Below are positions 20,731-31,201 of a DNA stretch of 64,000 nt, in pieces. Both the position numbers and the translations under genes were made by a program. The notes under the pieces are model-generated. The model made no database searches. It worked only from the letters and a program-made list of their open reading frames with translations, and was not told the DNA's origin. Numbering within the stretch: position 1 is the stretch's first letter; every line of letters begins with the position of its first letter. The stretch covers positions 3,872,001-3,936,000 of the forward strand of contig OY730476.1 in the NCBI GenBank assembly GCA_963422735.1. Direction: 5' to 3'. Source of the stretch: Candidatus Latescibacterota bacterium. Lineage in GTDB: Bacteria; Latescibacterota; UBA2968; UBA8231.

Positions 20731-22452
20731 ATGGCAGCAGATCATGGGAAACTGAGGAGCGCCGACTGGTTTGGACGCGAGGACAAAGGCGGGTTCATTC
20801 ACCGTAGCTGGATGAAGCGCGGCCTGCCCGAACACGAATTCGACGGCCGCCCGGTCATCGGCATCTGCAACACGTGGTCCGAACTGACGCCCTGCAATAT
20901 CCACTTCCGCGACTTGGCCGAAGCCGTCAAACGCGGCGTGTACGAAGCTGGGGGTTTACCCGTGGAATTCCCGGTCACCTCGCTGGGCGAGCCAATCATG
21001 CGCCCAACGACTATGCTCTTCCGCAACTTGGCGAGCATGGATGTGGAGGAGTGCATTCGCGCCAACCCGGTTGACGGCGTGGTGCTCCTGACCGGATGCG
21101 ACAAGACTACGCCAGCGTGCTTGATGGGGGCGGCCAGCGTGGATCTGCCGACCATCGCCGTGCCCGGCGGCCCCATGCTCAACGGCAAGTACCGCGGCAG
21201 TGATATTGGTTCGGGAACGGATGTGTGGAAGTTCAGCGAGGACCTTCGCGCCGGGAGGATGACACGCGAGGAGTTCGGGCTGGCCGAGGACGGCATGACG
21301 CGCTCGGATGGACACTGTATGACGATGGGCACGGCATCGACGATGGCCTGTATGGTCGAGGCCCTCGGCATGACCCTGCCCGGCGGCGCGGCGATCCCGG
21401 CCCCAGACTCGCGGCGCAAGGTGCTGGCGCATCTGGCGGGGTCGCGCATCGTCGAGATGGTGGGCGAAGACCTCAAGATGTCCGCCATCCTCGGGCGCAC
21501 GGCCTTTGAGAACGCCATCAAGGTCAACGCGGCCATCGGCGGTTCGACCAACTGCGTCGTTCACTTGCTAGCTCTCGCTGGGCGCGTCGGCGTCGAGTTG
21601 TCCTTGGACGACTTCGACCGCCTCGGCAGTGAGCTGCCGCTATTGGTCAATTTGATGCCCTCGGGCAAATATCTGATGGAGGATTTCTATTACGCCGGTG
21701 GTTTGCCTGTGGTGATCGAGGAGCTAAAGGACGAATTGCATCTAGACGCTTTGACGGCGACGGGCAAGTCGCTCGGCGAGAATATTGCCGGGGCGGCCTG
21801 TTACAATCGCGACGTAATCGCGCCGCTGAACGCGCCGCTGAACGAGGCCGCGGGCTTGGCCGTGCTCCGGGGCAACCTCTGCGAGGACGGAGCGATAATC
21901 AAGCCGTCGGCCGCCTCGCCCGAGCTGATGCAGCACCGAGGCCGAGCGGTGGTCTTCGAGACGATTGAGGACTATCACCAACGGATCGATAGCCCCGATT
22001 TGGACGTGAATGAGTCGAGCGTACTGGTGCTGCAAAACGTCGGGCCGGTTGGCTATCCAGGCATGGCCGAGGTCGGCAATATGGGATTGCCCAAGAAACT
22101 GCTGGAAAAGGGTGTCCGGGACATGGTGCGCATTTCCGATGGCCGCATGAGCGGCACGGCCTATGGCACCGTGGTCCTGCACGTGGCACCCGAAGCGGCC
22201 ATTGGCGGACATCTGGCGCTGGTGCGCGACGGCGACATGATCGAGCTCGACTTGGCAGGTCGGCGGCTGCACCTAGACGCGTCGGACGAGGAACTGGCGC
22301 ACCGCCGCGCGGCTTGGCAGCCCCCCGTGCCCCACGATACCCGGGGCTACGTCAGCCTCTATATCGACCACGTGATGCAGGCCGACAAAGGAGTTGACTT
22401 CGACTTCTTGGTCGGCAAGTCGAGTGCAGTTGTAACGCGCGAGGCCCATTAG
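20731..22452 (+). CDS. IlvD/Edd family sugar-acid (L-arabonate-type) dehydratase
   Basis: ELTPCN, GCDKTTP, GHCMTMGTASTM, SDGRMSGT. RBS aggag. Confidence 0.92.
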   Translation: MAADHGKLRSADWFGREDKGGFIHRSWMKRGLPEHEFDGRPVIGICNTWSELTPCNIHFRDLAEAVKRGVYEAGGLPVEFPVTSLGEPIMRPTTMLFRNLASMDVEECIRANPVDGVVLLTGCDKTTPACLMGAASVDLPTIAVPGGPMLNGKYRGSDIGSGTDVWKFSEDLRAGRMTREEFGLAEDGMTRSDGHCMTMGTASTMACMVEALGMTLPGGAAIPAPDSRRKVLAHLAGSRIVEMVGEDLKMSAILGRTAFENAIKVNAAIGGSTNCVVHLLALAGRVGVELSLDDFDRLGSELPLLVNLMPSGKYLMEDFYYAGGLPVVIEELKDELHLDALTATGKSLGENIAGAACYNRDVIAPLNAPLNEAAGLAVLRGNLCEDGAIIKPSAASPELMQHRGRAVVFETIEDYHQRIDSPDLDVNESSVLVLQNVGPVGYPGMAEVGNMGLPKKLLEKGVRDMVRISDGRMSGTAYGTVVLHVAPEAAIGGHLALVRDGDMIELDLAGRRLHLDASDEELAHRRAAWQPPVPHDTRGYVSLYIDHVMQADKGVDFDFLVGKSSAVVTREAH

Positions 22453-22467
22453 CGAAAGGACTAGACG

Positions 22468-23607
22468 GTGAAAATCGCCAAAATCGAACAGTTTTTCCCG
22501 CGCCAGCGCATGCGCTTAGTCAAGATTACCACGGACAACGGTCTCGTAGGATGGGGCGAGACCACGCTGGAGGGCAAGCCCAAGAGCACCTGGGCGGCGG
22601 TGGAAGAGTTGGCCGAATACTTCGTCGGCAAGGATCCGCTCCGCATTGAGCATCATTGGCAGCACGTCTATCGCTCGGCCTTTTTTCGCGGCGGCAATGT
22701 GCTGATGAGTGCGCTGTCGGGCATCGATCAGGCGCTGTGGGATATCGCCGGCAAGCACTACAATGTTCCCGCCTATATGCTCTTGGGCGGTGCGGTGCGC
22801 GACCGGATTCGCGTGTACGCGCACTGGGGCATCCACGGCCAGACCGACGAGGCACTCGCGTCGGCACGGGCGCGGCTCGACATGCTGTTGGCGAAAGGCT
22901 ACACGGCCTTCAAGACGGGGCCGGGTGGCACGTGGCGCGCTCACGAGCCACCGGCGCGAATAGACGCCTTTGTCAAAGACGCCTATACCATGCGCGAATG
23001 GGTCGGCGGCGAGGTAGAGCTATGCTTCGACTTCCACGGCAAGATGGCGCCGGGGCTGGCGATTGAGGTGTGTGGCCAACTCGCGGGGATGCGGCCAATG
23101 TTCGTCGAAGAGCCAATCCCGCAGGAGAATGCTGATGCGTTAAAAGAGGTCTCCGACCACGTGCCCTTCCCCATTGCCACGGGCGAGCGCCTGCTCTCGC
23201 GCTGGGAGTTCCGGGAGATTTTTGAAAAGCAGGCCGTCTCCTACATCCAACCCGACGGTTCGCACGCGGGCGGGATCACCGAGCTGAAAAAGATCGCCAA
23301 TATGGCCGAGGTCTATTACATCCACATCATGCCGCACTGTGCCATCGGCCCGGTGGCCTTTTCCGCTTGTATGCAGGTCGATGCGGTGGTGCCCAATTTC
23401 CTAGTGCAGGAACAGGTTGACGAAGGGTTGGGCGAAGGGCTGCTCGCTGCGCCTTGGCAGGTAGTTGATGGCCACATCGAGTTGCCGACCAAGCCGGGGT
23501 TGGGGTTCGACCTGATCGAGTCCGAGGTGGAAAAGACGATTGAGTACACAGAGGAACTGGGCGGCGAATACTACTACGAAAACGACGGCAGTGTCGCAGA
23601 CTGGTAG
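22468..23607 (+). CDS. dgoD: Galactonate dehydratase-like enolase-superfamily protein
   Basis: GWGE..LEG, IEHHWQ, SGIDQALWDI, DFHG, EEP, ATGER, PHC..GP. Confidence 0.8.
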   Translation: MKIAKIEQFFPRQRMRLVKITTDNGLVGWGETTLEGKPKSTWAAVEELAEYFVGKDPLRIEHHWQHVYRSAFFRGGNVLMSALSGIDQALWDIAGKHYNVPAYMLLGGAVRDRIRVYAHWGIHGQTDEALASARARLDMLLAKGYTAFKTGPGGTWRAHEPPARIDAFVKDAYTMREWVGGEVELCFDFHGKMAPGLAIEVCGQLAGMRPMFVEEPIPQENADALKEVSDHVPFPIATGERLLSRWEFREIFEKQAVSYIQPDGSHAGGITELKKIANMAEVYYIHIMPHCAIGPVAFSACMQVDAVVPNFLVQEQVDEGLGEGLLAAPWQVVDGHIELPTKPGLGFDLIESEVEKTIEYTEELGGEYYYENDGSVADW

Positions 23608-23614
23608 CGTTGCC

Positions 23615-23983
23615 ATGCGCCGCCGGGCGTTTGAGAAGCTGGTGGAAAAGGCCCTCCAGCGCCTGCCGGAGGAGTTCCGCGAAGTGCTGGACAACCTAGC
23701 CATCGTCGTCGAGGACTGGCCCGACCCCGAGCTGGTCGAGGAGGTAACCGGCGATCCAGAGGAAGTGCTCTACGGGCTTTTCTCTGGATCGCCCCTGCCC
23801 GAGCGCCGCCTTGAAGACAGCGGAGACCTGCCACCGGTAATCGCGCTCTATCAGGGGCCTTTGGAGGAGGACTTTCCCGAGCGGGGCGAGCTGGCGCGGG
23901 AGGTGGAGACCACCTTGGTACACGAGCTAGCGCACTTTATGGGCTTTGACGAAGACGCGGTTAGAAAGTACGGCTATGAATAG
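23615..23983 (+). CDS. Zincin-like metallopeptidase (DUF1025)
   Basis: LYGLF.G.PL, TTLVHELAHFMG. Confidence 0.85.
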   Translation: MRRRAFEKLVEKALQRLPEEFREVLDNLAIVVEDWPDPELVEEVTGDPEEVLYGLFSGSPLPERRLEDSGDLPPVIALYQGPLEEDFPERGELAREVETTLVHELAHFMGFDEDAVRKYGYE

Positions 23984-24043
23984 CACCGACAACGAATTTC
24001 AAGAAGAGTCAAGCAGACCCTTTTCACATAAGGGATAACGGAG

Positions 24044-25012
24044 ATGGGTAATAGCAGCGACGAAGAAAAAATCACACAGTTGCAAAAAGCCCTCGACGAG
24101 AGCGCTCTAGACGCCTTGACAATCCTGCTGCGCCAGCACCCGCACCTGATGCACCATCGCGTCGAATGCGCGGACGGGCAGAGCTATACCCCCTTGCAAT
24201 ACGCCGACCGCATCGGTGCTAGCTTGGAGGCCATGCGCCTGTTGGTCGAATTCGGTGCCGATCTGCGCGAATTGGACGGTGCGCTCTTTGGGTGCTGTGA
24301 GGCCCACCATCTAGATCACATGCAGCGCTTGCTAAAGCTGGGCGTCCACCCCGACGACGCGTACAATGAAGGCTGGGACTGCCGCGTCCTCTATGGGCTT
24401 TTGCAGACGTACCACCGCCCGTCCCCGGCCCATCTGCACACCTGCGTCGAAGTGCTCATCGAAGCGGGGGCCACCTTTGAGGATGGGCCGACAATGGATA
24501 TCCACCGAGGTCGGCTCGACCGACTGGAGCAGCGCCTCGACCGCTGTCCCGCCATAGTCGAGGCGCACTTTTGGCTCGACTATGGCGACCATCTCACGCT
24601 GCGGGGTGCCACCCTCCTACACGTGGCAGTCGAATATCACGAGTTGGATGCCGTGCGCCTGCTGCTGAGGCACGGTGCCGATTTGGATGCCCGCGCTGAG
24701 ATTGGCCGCAACGGAGTCGGCGGCCAGACGCCTCTCTTCCACGCCATTGGTGCCAACCAAGAAACGGGCTGGGAGACCTTCGAGTACCTGTTGACCAAAG
24801 GAGCGGACTTGACGGCCAGAGCACGCATCCAGCGCAATCCGACGGCTGACGACAAAGTGATGGACTGCATTCACAAGGGGCAGGATCACTTTTTCCCCGA
24901 GGTCGAGGAACTCACGCCGCTGGGCTATGCCCTGCGCCACGAATCCGGTCCGACTTGGCGCGCCACACCGCGCGAAGTGGCCCGGCTGCGGGCATTGCGT
25001 GCCCCGGCGTAA
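24044..25012 (+). CDS. Ankyrin-repeat protein
   Basis: GATLLHVAVEY...LLLRHGAD, GQTPLFHA, LTPLGYA. Confidence 0.85.
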   Translation: MGNSSDEEKITQLQKALDESALDALTILLRQHPHLMHHRVECADGQSYTPLQYADRIGASLEAMRLLVEFGADLRELDGALFGCCEAHHLDHMQRLLKLGVHPDDAYNEGWDCRVLYGLLQTYHRPSPAHLHTCVEVLIEAGATFEDGPTMDIHRGRLDRLEQRLDRCPAIVEAHFWLDYGDHLTLRGATLLHVAVEYHELDAVRLLLRHGADLDARAEIGRNGVGGQTPLFHAIGANQETGWETFEYLLTKGADLTARARIQRNPTADDKVMDCIHKGQDHFFPEVEELTPLGYALRHESGPTWRATPREVARLRALRAPA

Positions 25013-25102
25013 TCCCGCCGCGCTAGGTAGTTGCTCCTCTCGGCGATATGGTTTAGTTTTTCTTCCTTCTCAATACAATCATTTATCCAAGCAGATCTTC
25101 CC

Positions 25103-26812
25103 GTGAATGTACCTAAACACGACATACTGATCGTAGGCGGCGGCGGTGCGGGCCTGCGGGCGGCGATTGCCGCCGTCGAGATCGATCCGAACCTCAGCGT
25201 CGGCTTGGTGTCCAAAGTGTACCCTATGCGTAGCCACACGGTGTCAGCCGAGGGCGGCTCCGCAGCGGTGATCCGCGAAGATGACAGCTTCGACTCCCAT
25301 GCCTTCGACACCATCAAGGGCAGCGACTTCCTCGCCGACCAAGACACAGTAGAGGCCTTCGTCAAGGAGGCCCGCGACGAGCTGATCCAATTAGAGCATT
25401 GGGGTTGTCCTTGGAGCCGCGACGACGACGGTCGGATCAGCGTGCGTGCTTTCGGCGGCATGACGGTCAAGCGGACCCTGTACGCGGCCGACAAGACCGG
25501 CTTCCACATGCTTCACGCCCTCTTCCAGACTTCGCTCAAATACGACCGCATCCAGCGCTACGACGAGTGGTACGGGACTCGGCTGCTGCTCGACGACAAC
25601 GGCGCAGCCTGCGGCGTGGCAGCGATCAACGTGCGCTCGGGTGCCATGCAGGCGATTCCCGCCAAGGCCGTAATCATCTGCACGGGCGGCGGCGGGCGCA
25701 TTTTTCCCTTTACGACCAACGCCGCCATCAAGACCGGCGACGGCATGTCCATGGCCTACCAAGCGGGCTGCCCACTCAAGGACATGGAATTTGTGCAGTA
25801 CCATCCCACTGGGCTGCCGGGCACGGGCATCCTAATGACCGAGGCATCGCGCGGCGAGGGCGGCTACTTGATCAACAACAAGGGCGACCGCTACCTCAGC
25901 GAGTACCTGCCCGACAAGATGGAGTTAGGCCCGCGCGACATGGTTTCGCGGGCGTTCGTCCACGAGGAGCGAGCCGGTCGGGTCTTTTCCGGCCCGTACG
26001 GCACCTACGTCCATCTCGATTTGCGGCACTTGGGCGAAAAGAAAATCGACGAGCGCATCCCCTTCGTGCGCGAACTGACCAAAAACTACGTGGGCATCGA
26101 TCCGGTGTACGAGCCGGTGCCCGTGCGCCCGGTGGTCCACTACATGATGGGCGGCATTCACACCGATATTACTACGGCGACGCCAATTCCGGGCCTTTAC
26201 GCGGCCGGGGAAACGGCCTGTGTCACCATCAACGGGGCCAATCGCCTCGGCTCCAACTCGCTGTCCGAGCTTTTGGTTTTTGGTGCTCGCGCCGGCCGGT
26301 ATGCCACTGAGTACGCCGAGGAGGTCAATTCACCGCCGTACGACAGCTTGGAGAAGATGGCGGCCGACGAGTGGCAGCGGATTGAAAATGCGTTTTTCAA
26401 AAACGAAGGCAGCGAGCGGATTGCCGACATTCGTACGGATCTGCAAAAGACGATGGAGCAAGGGGCGGGCATCTACCGCGAACAGGAGAGTCTAGAAGCG
26501 GCCTGCGCCGAGTTGCCCAAGCTCAAGGAACGCTATACTCGCGTCCAAGTTGGCGACAGCTCATCGGTCTTCAACACCGAACTGACTGCCGCTTTGGAAC
26601 TGGGCTCGCTGCTCGATGTGGCCGAGACCGTGGCCCATTCGGCACTTTTGCGCCGGGAGTCGCGCGGCTCGCATTCGCGCATGGACTACGAGGAGCGCGA
26701 CGACGAAAACTTCCTCTGCCACTCCTTGGCGTACCGCACCGATGGCGATCCGCGCATTGAATACCAAGACGTCGTCATCACCCGCTGGCAGCCCCAAGAG
26801 CGCACCTACTGA
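25103..26812 (+). CDS. frdA: Fumarate reductase / succinate dehydrogenase flavoprotein
   Basis: [20 protein letters not shown] (FAD-binding His), [21 protein letters not shown]. Confidence 0.92.
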   Translation: MNVPKHDILIVGGGGAGLRAAIAAVEIDPNLSVGLVSKVYPMRSHTVSAEGGSAAVIREDDSFDSHAFDTIKGSDFLADQDTVEAFVKEARDELIQLEHWGCPWSRDDDGRISVRAFGGMTVKRTLYAADKTGFHMLHALFQTSLKYDRIQRYDEWYGTRLLLDDNGAACGVAAINVRSGAMQAIPAKAVIICTGGGGRIFPFTTNAAIKTGDGMSMAYQAGCPLKDMEFVQYHPTGLPGTGILMTEASRGEGGYLINNKGDRYLSEYLPDKMELGPRDMVSRAFVHEERAGRVFSGPYGTYVHLDLRHLGEKKIDERIPFVRELTKNYVGIDPVYEPVPVRPVVHYMMGGIHTDITTATPIPGLYAAGETACVTINGANRLGSNSLSELLVFGARAGRYATEYAEEVNSPPYDSLEKMAADEWQRIENAFFKNEGSERIADIRTDLQKTMEQGAGIYREQESLEAACAELPKLKERYTRVQVGDSSSVFNTELTAALELGSLLDVAETVAHSALLRRESRGSHSRMDYEERDDENFLCHSLAYRTDGDPRIEYQDVVITRWQPQERTY

Positions 26813-26824
26813 TTAAGAGGAGCT

Positions 26825-27571
26825 ATGAGCGACAAGACCATTGGCATCCGGGTGACTCGCTTCCGACCCGAGCAAGAGGACGCCCCCACAGAGCAGGCTT
26901 ACGAGGTTCCTTACCAAGAGGACTGGGTCGTCCTCGACGCGCTCAACTACATCAAAGACCACATCGACGGCACCCTCTCGTACCGATGGTCGTGCCGCAT
27001 GGGCGTGTGCGGCTCTTGCGGCATGATGGTCAACGGCGAGCCTAAGTTGACCTGCGCGGCCTTTCTCAAGGATTACTACCCAAACGAACTGGTGGTCCAG
27101 CCCCTCGCCCACTTCCCAATCATCCGCGACTTGGTCGTCGATATAGACGATTTCATGGATAAGCTCAAGGCGGTCCAGCCGTGGATTATTCGCGAGGAAG
27201 AAAAGCCGGTTGCCGAAGGCGAGTACTTACAGTCGCCTGCGGAGCTAAAGGAGTACAAGCAGTTTAGCCAATGCATCAACTGCTTGCTGTGTTATGCGGC
27301 TTGTCCAGTCTATGGGCTGGAAGATGTCTTCGTCGGCCCAGCGGCCCTCGCGCTTTCCTACCGCTACAATCTCGACTCGCGCGATGAAGGCTACGCCCAG
27401 CGCACGGTCGTCGCCGCTAGTAATGAGGGTATCTGGGAATGCACCTTTATCGGTGAGTGCTCGGTGGTCTGTCCCAAGGACGTGGACCCGGCCGCCGCCA
27501 TCCAGCGCACGAAGCTCGAGACGACTACCAATTGGTTCAAATCCTTTCTCATGCCTTGGGGGGACAAATGA
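26825..27571 (+). CDS. frdB: Fumarate reductase iron-sulfur subunit
   Basis: [35 protein letters not shown]. Confidence 0.92.
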   Translation: MSDKTIGIRVTRFRPEQEDAPTEQAYEVPYQEDWVVLDALNYIKDHIDGTLSYRWSCRMGVCGSCGMMVNGEPKLTCAAFLKDYYPNELVVQPLAHFPIIRDLVVDIDDFMDKLKAVQPWIIREEEKPVAEGEYLQSPAELKEYKQFSQCINCLLCYAACPVYGLEDVFVGPAALALSYRYNLDSRDEGYAQRTVVAASNEGIWECTFIGECSVVCPKDVDPAAAIQRTKLETTTNWFKSFLMPWGDK

Positions 27572-27966
27572 GCCAGTCGTACGAAACCTACAAGCCAAAG
27601 CTATCTCCAGCTTGGTGGCTGAAGAGCCGTAGCTACTTCCTGTTTATGATGCGTGAATTGAGCAGCGTCTTCATCGCTGCCTTCGTCCTCCTCTTCCTCT
27701 ATCAGTTCTTTGCGCTGGCCAAGGGGCCGGAGGCGTATGCGGCTTGCCGCTCTGTACTGACGACGCCCGCATTTGTGGTCTTTTACGTGGTTGCGTTTGT
27801 CTTTGCTCTCTACCACACGATCACTTGGCTGGGGGTAATGGGCCGGGTGCAGGTCGTGCGGATGGGCGCATTTACCGTGCCGCCCAAATTGGTAACGGCT
27901 GGTGCCTTCGTTGGGTTTTTCCTTGTGTCGGCTGCCGTTGGCTGCTTTTTCCTGTACGCGCTATAG
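27568..27966 (+). CDS. frdC: Fumarate reductase membrane anchor C
   Basis: WWLK...[13 protein letters not shown], three TM helices, ATGA overlap with frdB. Confidence 0.85.
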   Translation: MSQSYETYKPKLSPAWWLKSRSYFLFMMRELSSVFIAAFVLLFLYQFFALAKGPEAYAACRSVLTTPAFVVFYVVAFVFALYHTITWLGVMGRVQVVRMGAFTVPPKLVTAGAFVGFFLVSAAVGCFFLYAL

Positions 27967-27968
27967 CT

Positions 27969-28331
27969 ATGAGCTACAAACAAGACAAAACCGAACCTTT
28001 CTGGTGGGGTCTGTTTTCCGCTGGCGGCGTGGTAGCCGCCATGCTGATCCCCGTGCTGATCTACTTCGCCGGGCTGGCCGAGCCGCTGGGCTTGGTCGGC
28101 TCAGAGGCGAGCAGCTATAAAACCATGCGCGAGTTGCTCAGCCACCCGCTGGCCAAGGTATTCTTTTTCGTCGTGGCCGTCCTACCCCTTTACCACGCGG
28201 CGCACCGCATCCGCTTCATGCTCCACGAGTTCGGGCTGCGGAAGTTGATCTTTCCCATTCACTACTTCTGCTACGGCGGTGCCTTGGTTGGCACTGGGCT
28301 GGCAGCCTATATTTTCTTCCTTCTGCTTTAA
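27969..28331 (+). CDS. frdD: Fumarate reductase membrane anchor D
   Basis: EPFWWGLFSAGG, HAAHRI, CYG. Confidence 0.88.
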   Translation: MSYKQDKTEPFWWGLFSAGGVVAAMLIPVLIYFAGLAEPLGLVGSEASSYKTMRELLSHPLAKVFFFVVAVLPLYHAAHRIRFMLHEFGLRKLIFPIHYFCYGGALVGTGLAAYIFFLLL

Positions 28332-28733
28332 TCGTCGGCCCCGATGGGTTCAATGGAACCGACGCTGCGATCGAGGATCCGCGGCTCGGTGCTCATCTAG
28401 GCTTGGGGAGATGCTTTGGGTGCGCCGCTTGAATTCGCGCCGCCAGACGCGGTTAAAAAGCGCACGGGCGAGCAGTGGCTGAAGCGACTCTATCCATTCA
28501 CCGGAAAAAGGGGCCGCACGGAATATGGGCCGACCAAGCACCGGCGGGCACGGGTACCGACGGTATGCGCTACAATTATCTTTTTATGGAGTTGGCCGTC
28601 GAGCTGGGGAGGATTGAAGTGGCGCGGCGATTGTTGGACGTGTACGGATTCGACTTGGAGAAGACGATCACGCGTTTCGCGCGCTTGGTGGCCTCTAGGC
28701 AGTTTCATTAAAGCAAGGAAAGGAAGAACGTCG

Positions 28734-29156
28734 ATGCCCGTGGGAGACAGAAACGCTATAATCGCCGGTTGTGGAATGCACCACGTAGCCGTGCAGACTC
28801 GCGATTGGGAAACGTCGCTGAGCTTCTACCGAGATGTGCTGGGCATGGAGGTCGTCGCCGAATTTGGTTCGCCTGAACGCAGGATCGCGCTCTTGGACGC
28901 GGGCGACGGAAGCCACCTCGAACTCTTCGCCCCCACGGCCGAATCACCCGCGCTTGGAGCCGAAAGCCCCAACGATCCGGTGATGCACTTTGCCTTGGCG
29001 GTTACAGACGCACGTGCTGCTACGGAGCGGGTGCGAGCGGCCGGATGCGAGATCGCGGTCGAACCCAAGGATCTGACGCTGGACAGGCTGAATGTGACGG
29101 TCGCCTTTTTCAAAGGACCTAGCGGCGAAGTCGTGGAATTTTTCCAGACTCACTAG
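28734..29156 (+). CDS. VOC / glyoxalase family protein
   Basis: HHVAV...FYRDVLG, HFAL, FFKGPSGEVVE. Confidence 0.88.
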   Translation: MPVGDRNAIIAGCGMHHVAVQTRDWETSLSFYRDVLGMEVVAEFGSPERRIALLDAGDGSHLELFAPTAESPALGAESPNDPVMHFALAVTDARAATERVRAAGCEIAVEPKDLTLDRLNVTVAFFKGPSGEVVEFFQTH

Positions 29157-29169
29157 ACTGAGTTGGCAC

Positions 29170-29202
29170 AAAAAAGCGCGGGTGCCCAAAGGGCCCGCGC
29201 TT
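29170..29202 (-). terminator. Intrinsic terminator between the convergent VOC and csp genes
   Basis: A-run followed by a gcgcggg...cccgcgc stem. Confidence 0.75.
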
Positions 29203-29223
29203 CTCGTGTTTGTATGTAGAGAT

Positions 29224-29463
29224 TTATTGCGGAGTTTCGGTTTCGGGGGCCGTGCCGATGACTACCACGTCTCTAGCTTGGAGGCCCTTGGGGCTAGTGA
29301 CCGTTTCAAATTCTACCCGCTGACCTTCCTCTAGGGAGCGGAAACCATCGCCGCGGATCGCGCTGTAATGGACAAAGACGTCGTCTTGTCCTTCGCGCTG
29401 AATAAAACCAAACCCCTTGGAACTATCGAACCACTTGACGGATCCACTTTGACGTTCGGACAT
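29224..29463 (-). CDS. csp: Cold-shock protein
   Basis: GSVKWFD..KGFGFI, DVFVHYS. RBS gggagg. Confidence 0.95.
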   Translation of the reverse strand: MSERQSGSVKWFDSSKGFGFIQREGQDDVFVHYSAIRGDGFRSLEEGQRVEFETVTSPKGLQARDVVVIGTAPETETPQ

Positions 29464-29560
29464 GATGAAGGTTACCTCCCTTCGATTGCTAATGGCATTG
29501 AGCTGAGCGTTCCAAGCTGGGCTTAAGGATGCCGACCAACAGGATTGGCTTACAAAAACC

Positions 29561-29899
29561 CTAGCGTGAGCCGCGCCCACCGGTTCCGCGTCCACCAGTT
29601 CCGCGTCCACCAGTTCCGCGCCCACCAGTTCCGCGCCCACCAGTTCCGCGCCCACCGGTTCCGCGCCCACCGGTTCCGCGCCCACCGCGGACGAAGCCAA
29701 CCTCGGCCATGCGAATGGCCTTCTGCTGCCGGCGGATGCTCTTTTGGCGGTTGATCTTCTTCTGGACCGAGGGTTTAGTATAGAAACGCCGCTTCTTCAA
29801 GTCGCGCAATAAGCCAGCTTTGCGGGTTTTGGACGTAAAGCGCCGCAGCGCCTTTTCAAAGGGTTCGTCCGATCTGACCTCGACGCTGAAATTGCTCAT
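29561..29899 (-). CDS. rpsU: 30S ribosomal protein bS21 with a Gly/Arg repeat tail
   Basis: [10 protein letters not shown]...[16 protein letters not shown] aggag. Confidence 0.92.
   Translation of the reverse strand: MSNFSVEVRSDEPFEKALRRFTSKTRKAGLLRDLKKRRFYTKPSVQKKINRQKSIRRQQKAIRMAEVGFVRGGRGTGGRGTGGRGTGGRGTGGRGTGGRGTGGRGTGGRGSR
29571..29690. repeat. 15-bp tandem repeat (7 full copies + 1 variant) encoding GGRGT
   Basis: Unit ccgcgYccaccRgtt read directly from the sequence. Confidence 0.97.
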
Positions 29900-29948
29900 C
29901 TACTGCTCCTAACCCTTGGCGTTTAAGTTCCTACATAAGAAAATGTAT

Positions 29949-29977
29949 ATTTTACGCTATGGGTTGCTCTTAGTCAA
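29949..29977 (-). promoter_or_regulatory. Sigma-70 promoter of rpsU-csp
   Basis: TTGACT-N17-TAAAAT. Confidence 0.75.
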
Positions 29978-30141
29978 GAGCCGTCTTGGCGGCGGTGCTG
30001 GCCCAAGGCGAGGGGCTATAAAAGTAGTTGCGATTTTGGACGGATGGTCTTTTTTTGTACAAAGACTCCCCTACTCATAGAGAAGTCGTGCTTCGCCGTT
30101 CGGCTTCCATGCTCCCTCTATATCGCACGTAAGGAGATGCC

Positions 30142-30339
30142 ATGGCTTTTTCGCATACTAATTCCAAGGGGGTCGCGTATATTCTGCATTCCCGGACCAC
30201 GATCCTCAAAAACGGGAACTCGCAGACGATTTACTTCTTTTCTAAAACCGAAAAAGAGGGTGCTCTCAACGCAGTGCCGAATGGCTATGAGGTCTCTGAG
30301 AGCAAAAACGGCCTACCAGTGCTAAAGCGCAGCAAGTAA
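30142..30339 (+). CDS. Conserved small hypothetical protein
   Basis: Strong RBS aaggag. Motifs HTNSKG..Y.LH, TIYFF.K, P.GY.V.E..NGLP.LK. Confidence 0.75.
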   Translation: MAFSHTNSKGVAYILHSRTTILKNGNSQTIYFFSKTEKEGALNAVPNGYEVSESKNGLPVLKRSK

Positions 30340-30362
30340 GCCACCTCGGCTGTGCCTCGTTC

Positions 30363-30418
30363 AGGCCGGTTCTTTTTCTCGGCATTCCCCGTCGAGAAAA
30401 AGCACCGGCCTTTTTTGT
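30363..30418 (+). terminator. Long hairpin followed by a T-run
   Basis: aggccggttctttttctcg / cgagaaaaagcaccggcct then tttttt. Confidence 0.6.
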
Positions 30419-30444
30419 TGCCAAAGGTCGGTGCTGTCGCGCTT

Positions 30445-30473
30445 TTGCCGAGTATAGGGTTATCCTATACTAT
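30445..30473 (+). promoter_or_regulatory. Sigma-70 promoter with an embedded palindromic operator
   Basis: TTGCCG-N17-TACTAT containing AGTATAGG-N5-CCTATACT. ATG follows after 5 nt. Confidence 0.55.
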
Positions 30474-30478
30474 GTGGC

Positions 30479-31201
30479 ATGGTGTCAAAAAGAGCAGTGC
30501 GAGAACAGGCTACGGCCAACTTGCGGCAACGGCTGGCCGGAAACCCCTACGTAGGCCGCGGCATTGTAATTGGTCGGGCCGCGGAGGGGACTTGGATGCA
30601 GGTTTACTGGATCGCGGGGCGCAGTCCCAACAGCCGCAACCGTATCTTCGTCGCCGAGGGCGACGTGCTGCGGACGGAAGCGGCCGATCCCGCCAAATTG
30701 AGCGATCCCACGCTCATCATTTACAACGCCATGCGAGTTTGCGCTCGGCGCAGCATTGTCTCCAATGGGGTCCATACCGACGCCATATACGAGAGTTTTG
30801 CCGCCGGTCGCAGTTTTGCCGAGAGCTTGGCTAGCTGGCTACACGAGCCGGATCCGCCTAACTACACGCCGCGCATAGCGGGCTATGTAGATCTGGAGGC
30901 CGATGAGGCTTGGCTTGCCATACTCAAGGCCAGCCCCTTTGACCCCGAGCACAGCGAACGCCACTTCTTCCGCTTCGACTGCGTCGAGCCGGGCTGCGGT
31001 TACGCCATTACCACGTACGACTCAGATGGCGACCCGCTGCCTTCGTTTGCTGGAGTTCCCTACCTGTTGCCCCTCGCCGACGCGCCCGCTGGCCTTTGGG
31101 AAGCCCTAAGCCCCGAACATCGGATCGCGCTTGCGGTGCGTCGAATCGCGGCCGACGGCGCGGTCGAGACCGAAATCATCAACCGCTATGAGGCGGTCTA
31201 G
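30479..31201 (+). CDS. IMP cyclohydrolase (PurO-like)
   Basis: NPYVGRGIVIG, GRSPNSRNR, LIIYN, IVSNG.HTD, EPDPPNYTPRI. Confidence 0.85.
   Translation: MVSKRAVREQATANLRQRLAGNPYVGRGIVIGRAAEGTWMQVYWIAGRSPNSRNRIFVAEGDVLRTEAADPAKLSDPTLIIYNAMRVCARRSIVSNGVHTDAIYESFAAGRSFAESLASWLHEPDPPNYTPRIAGYVDLEADEAWLAILKASPFDPEHSERHFFRFDCVEPGCGYAITTYDSDGDPLPSFAGVPYLLPLADAPAGLWEALSPEHRIALAVRRIAADGAVETEIINRYEAV

Noticed and set aside
28340-28711. Short ORF between frdD and the VOC gene
   Set aside because: No recognisable motif or clear RBS.
29571-29690. Possible CRISPR array
   Set aside because: Contiguous 15-bp units with no spacers, inside a coding gene, and no cas genes.
29224-29700. 158-aa cold-shock ORF with an AE(P/L)V(G/D) repeat N-terminus
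   Set aside because: The extension is an alternative frame of the rpsU repeat. csp has its own RBS and ATG at 29463.
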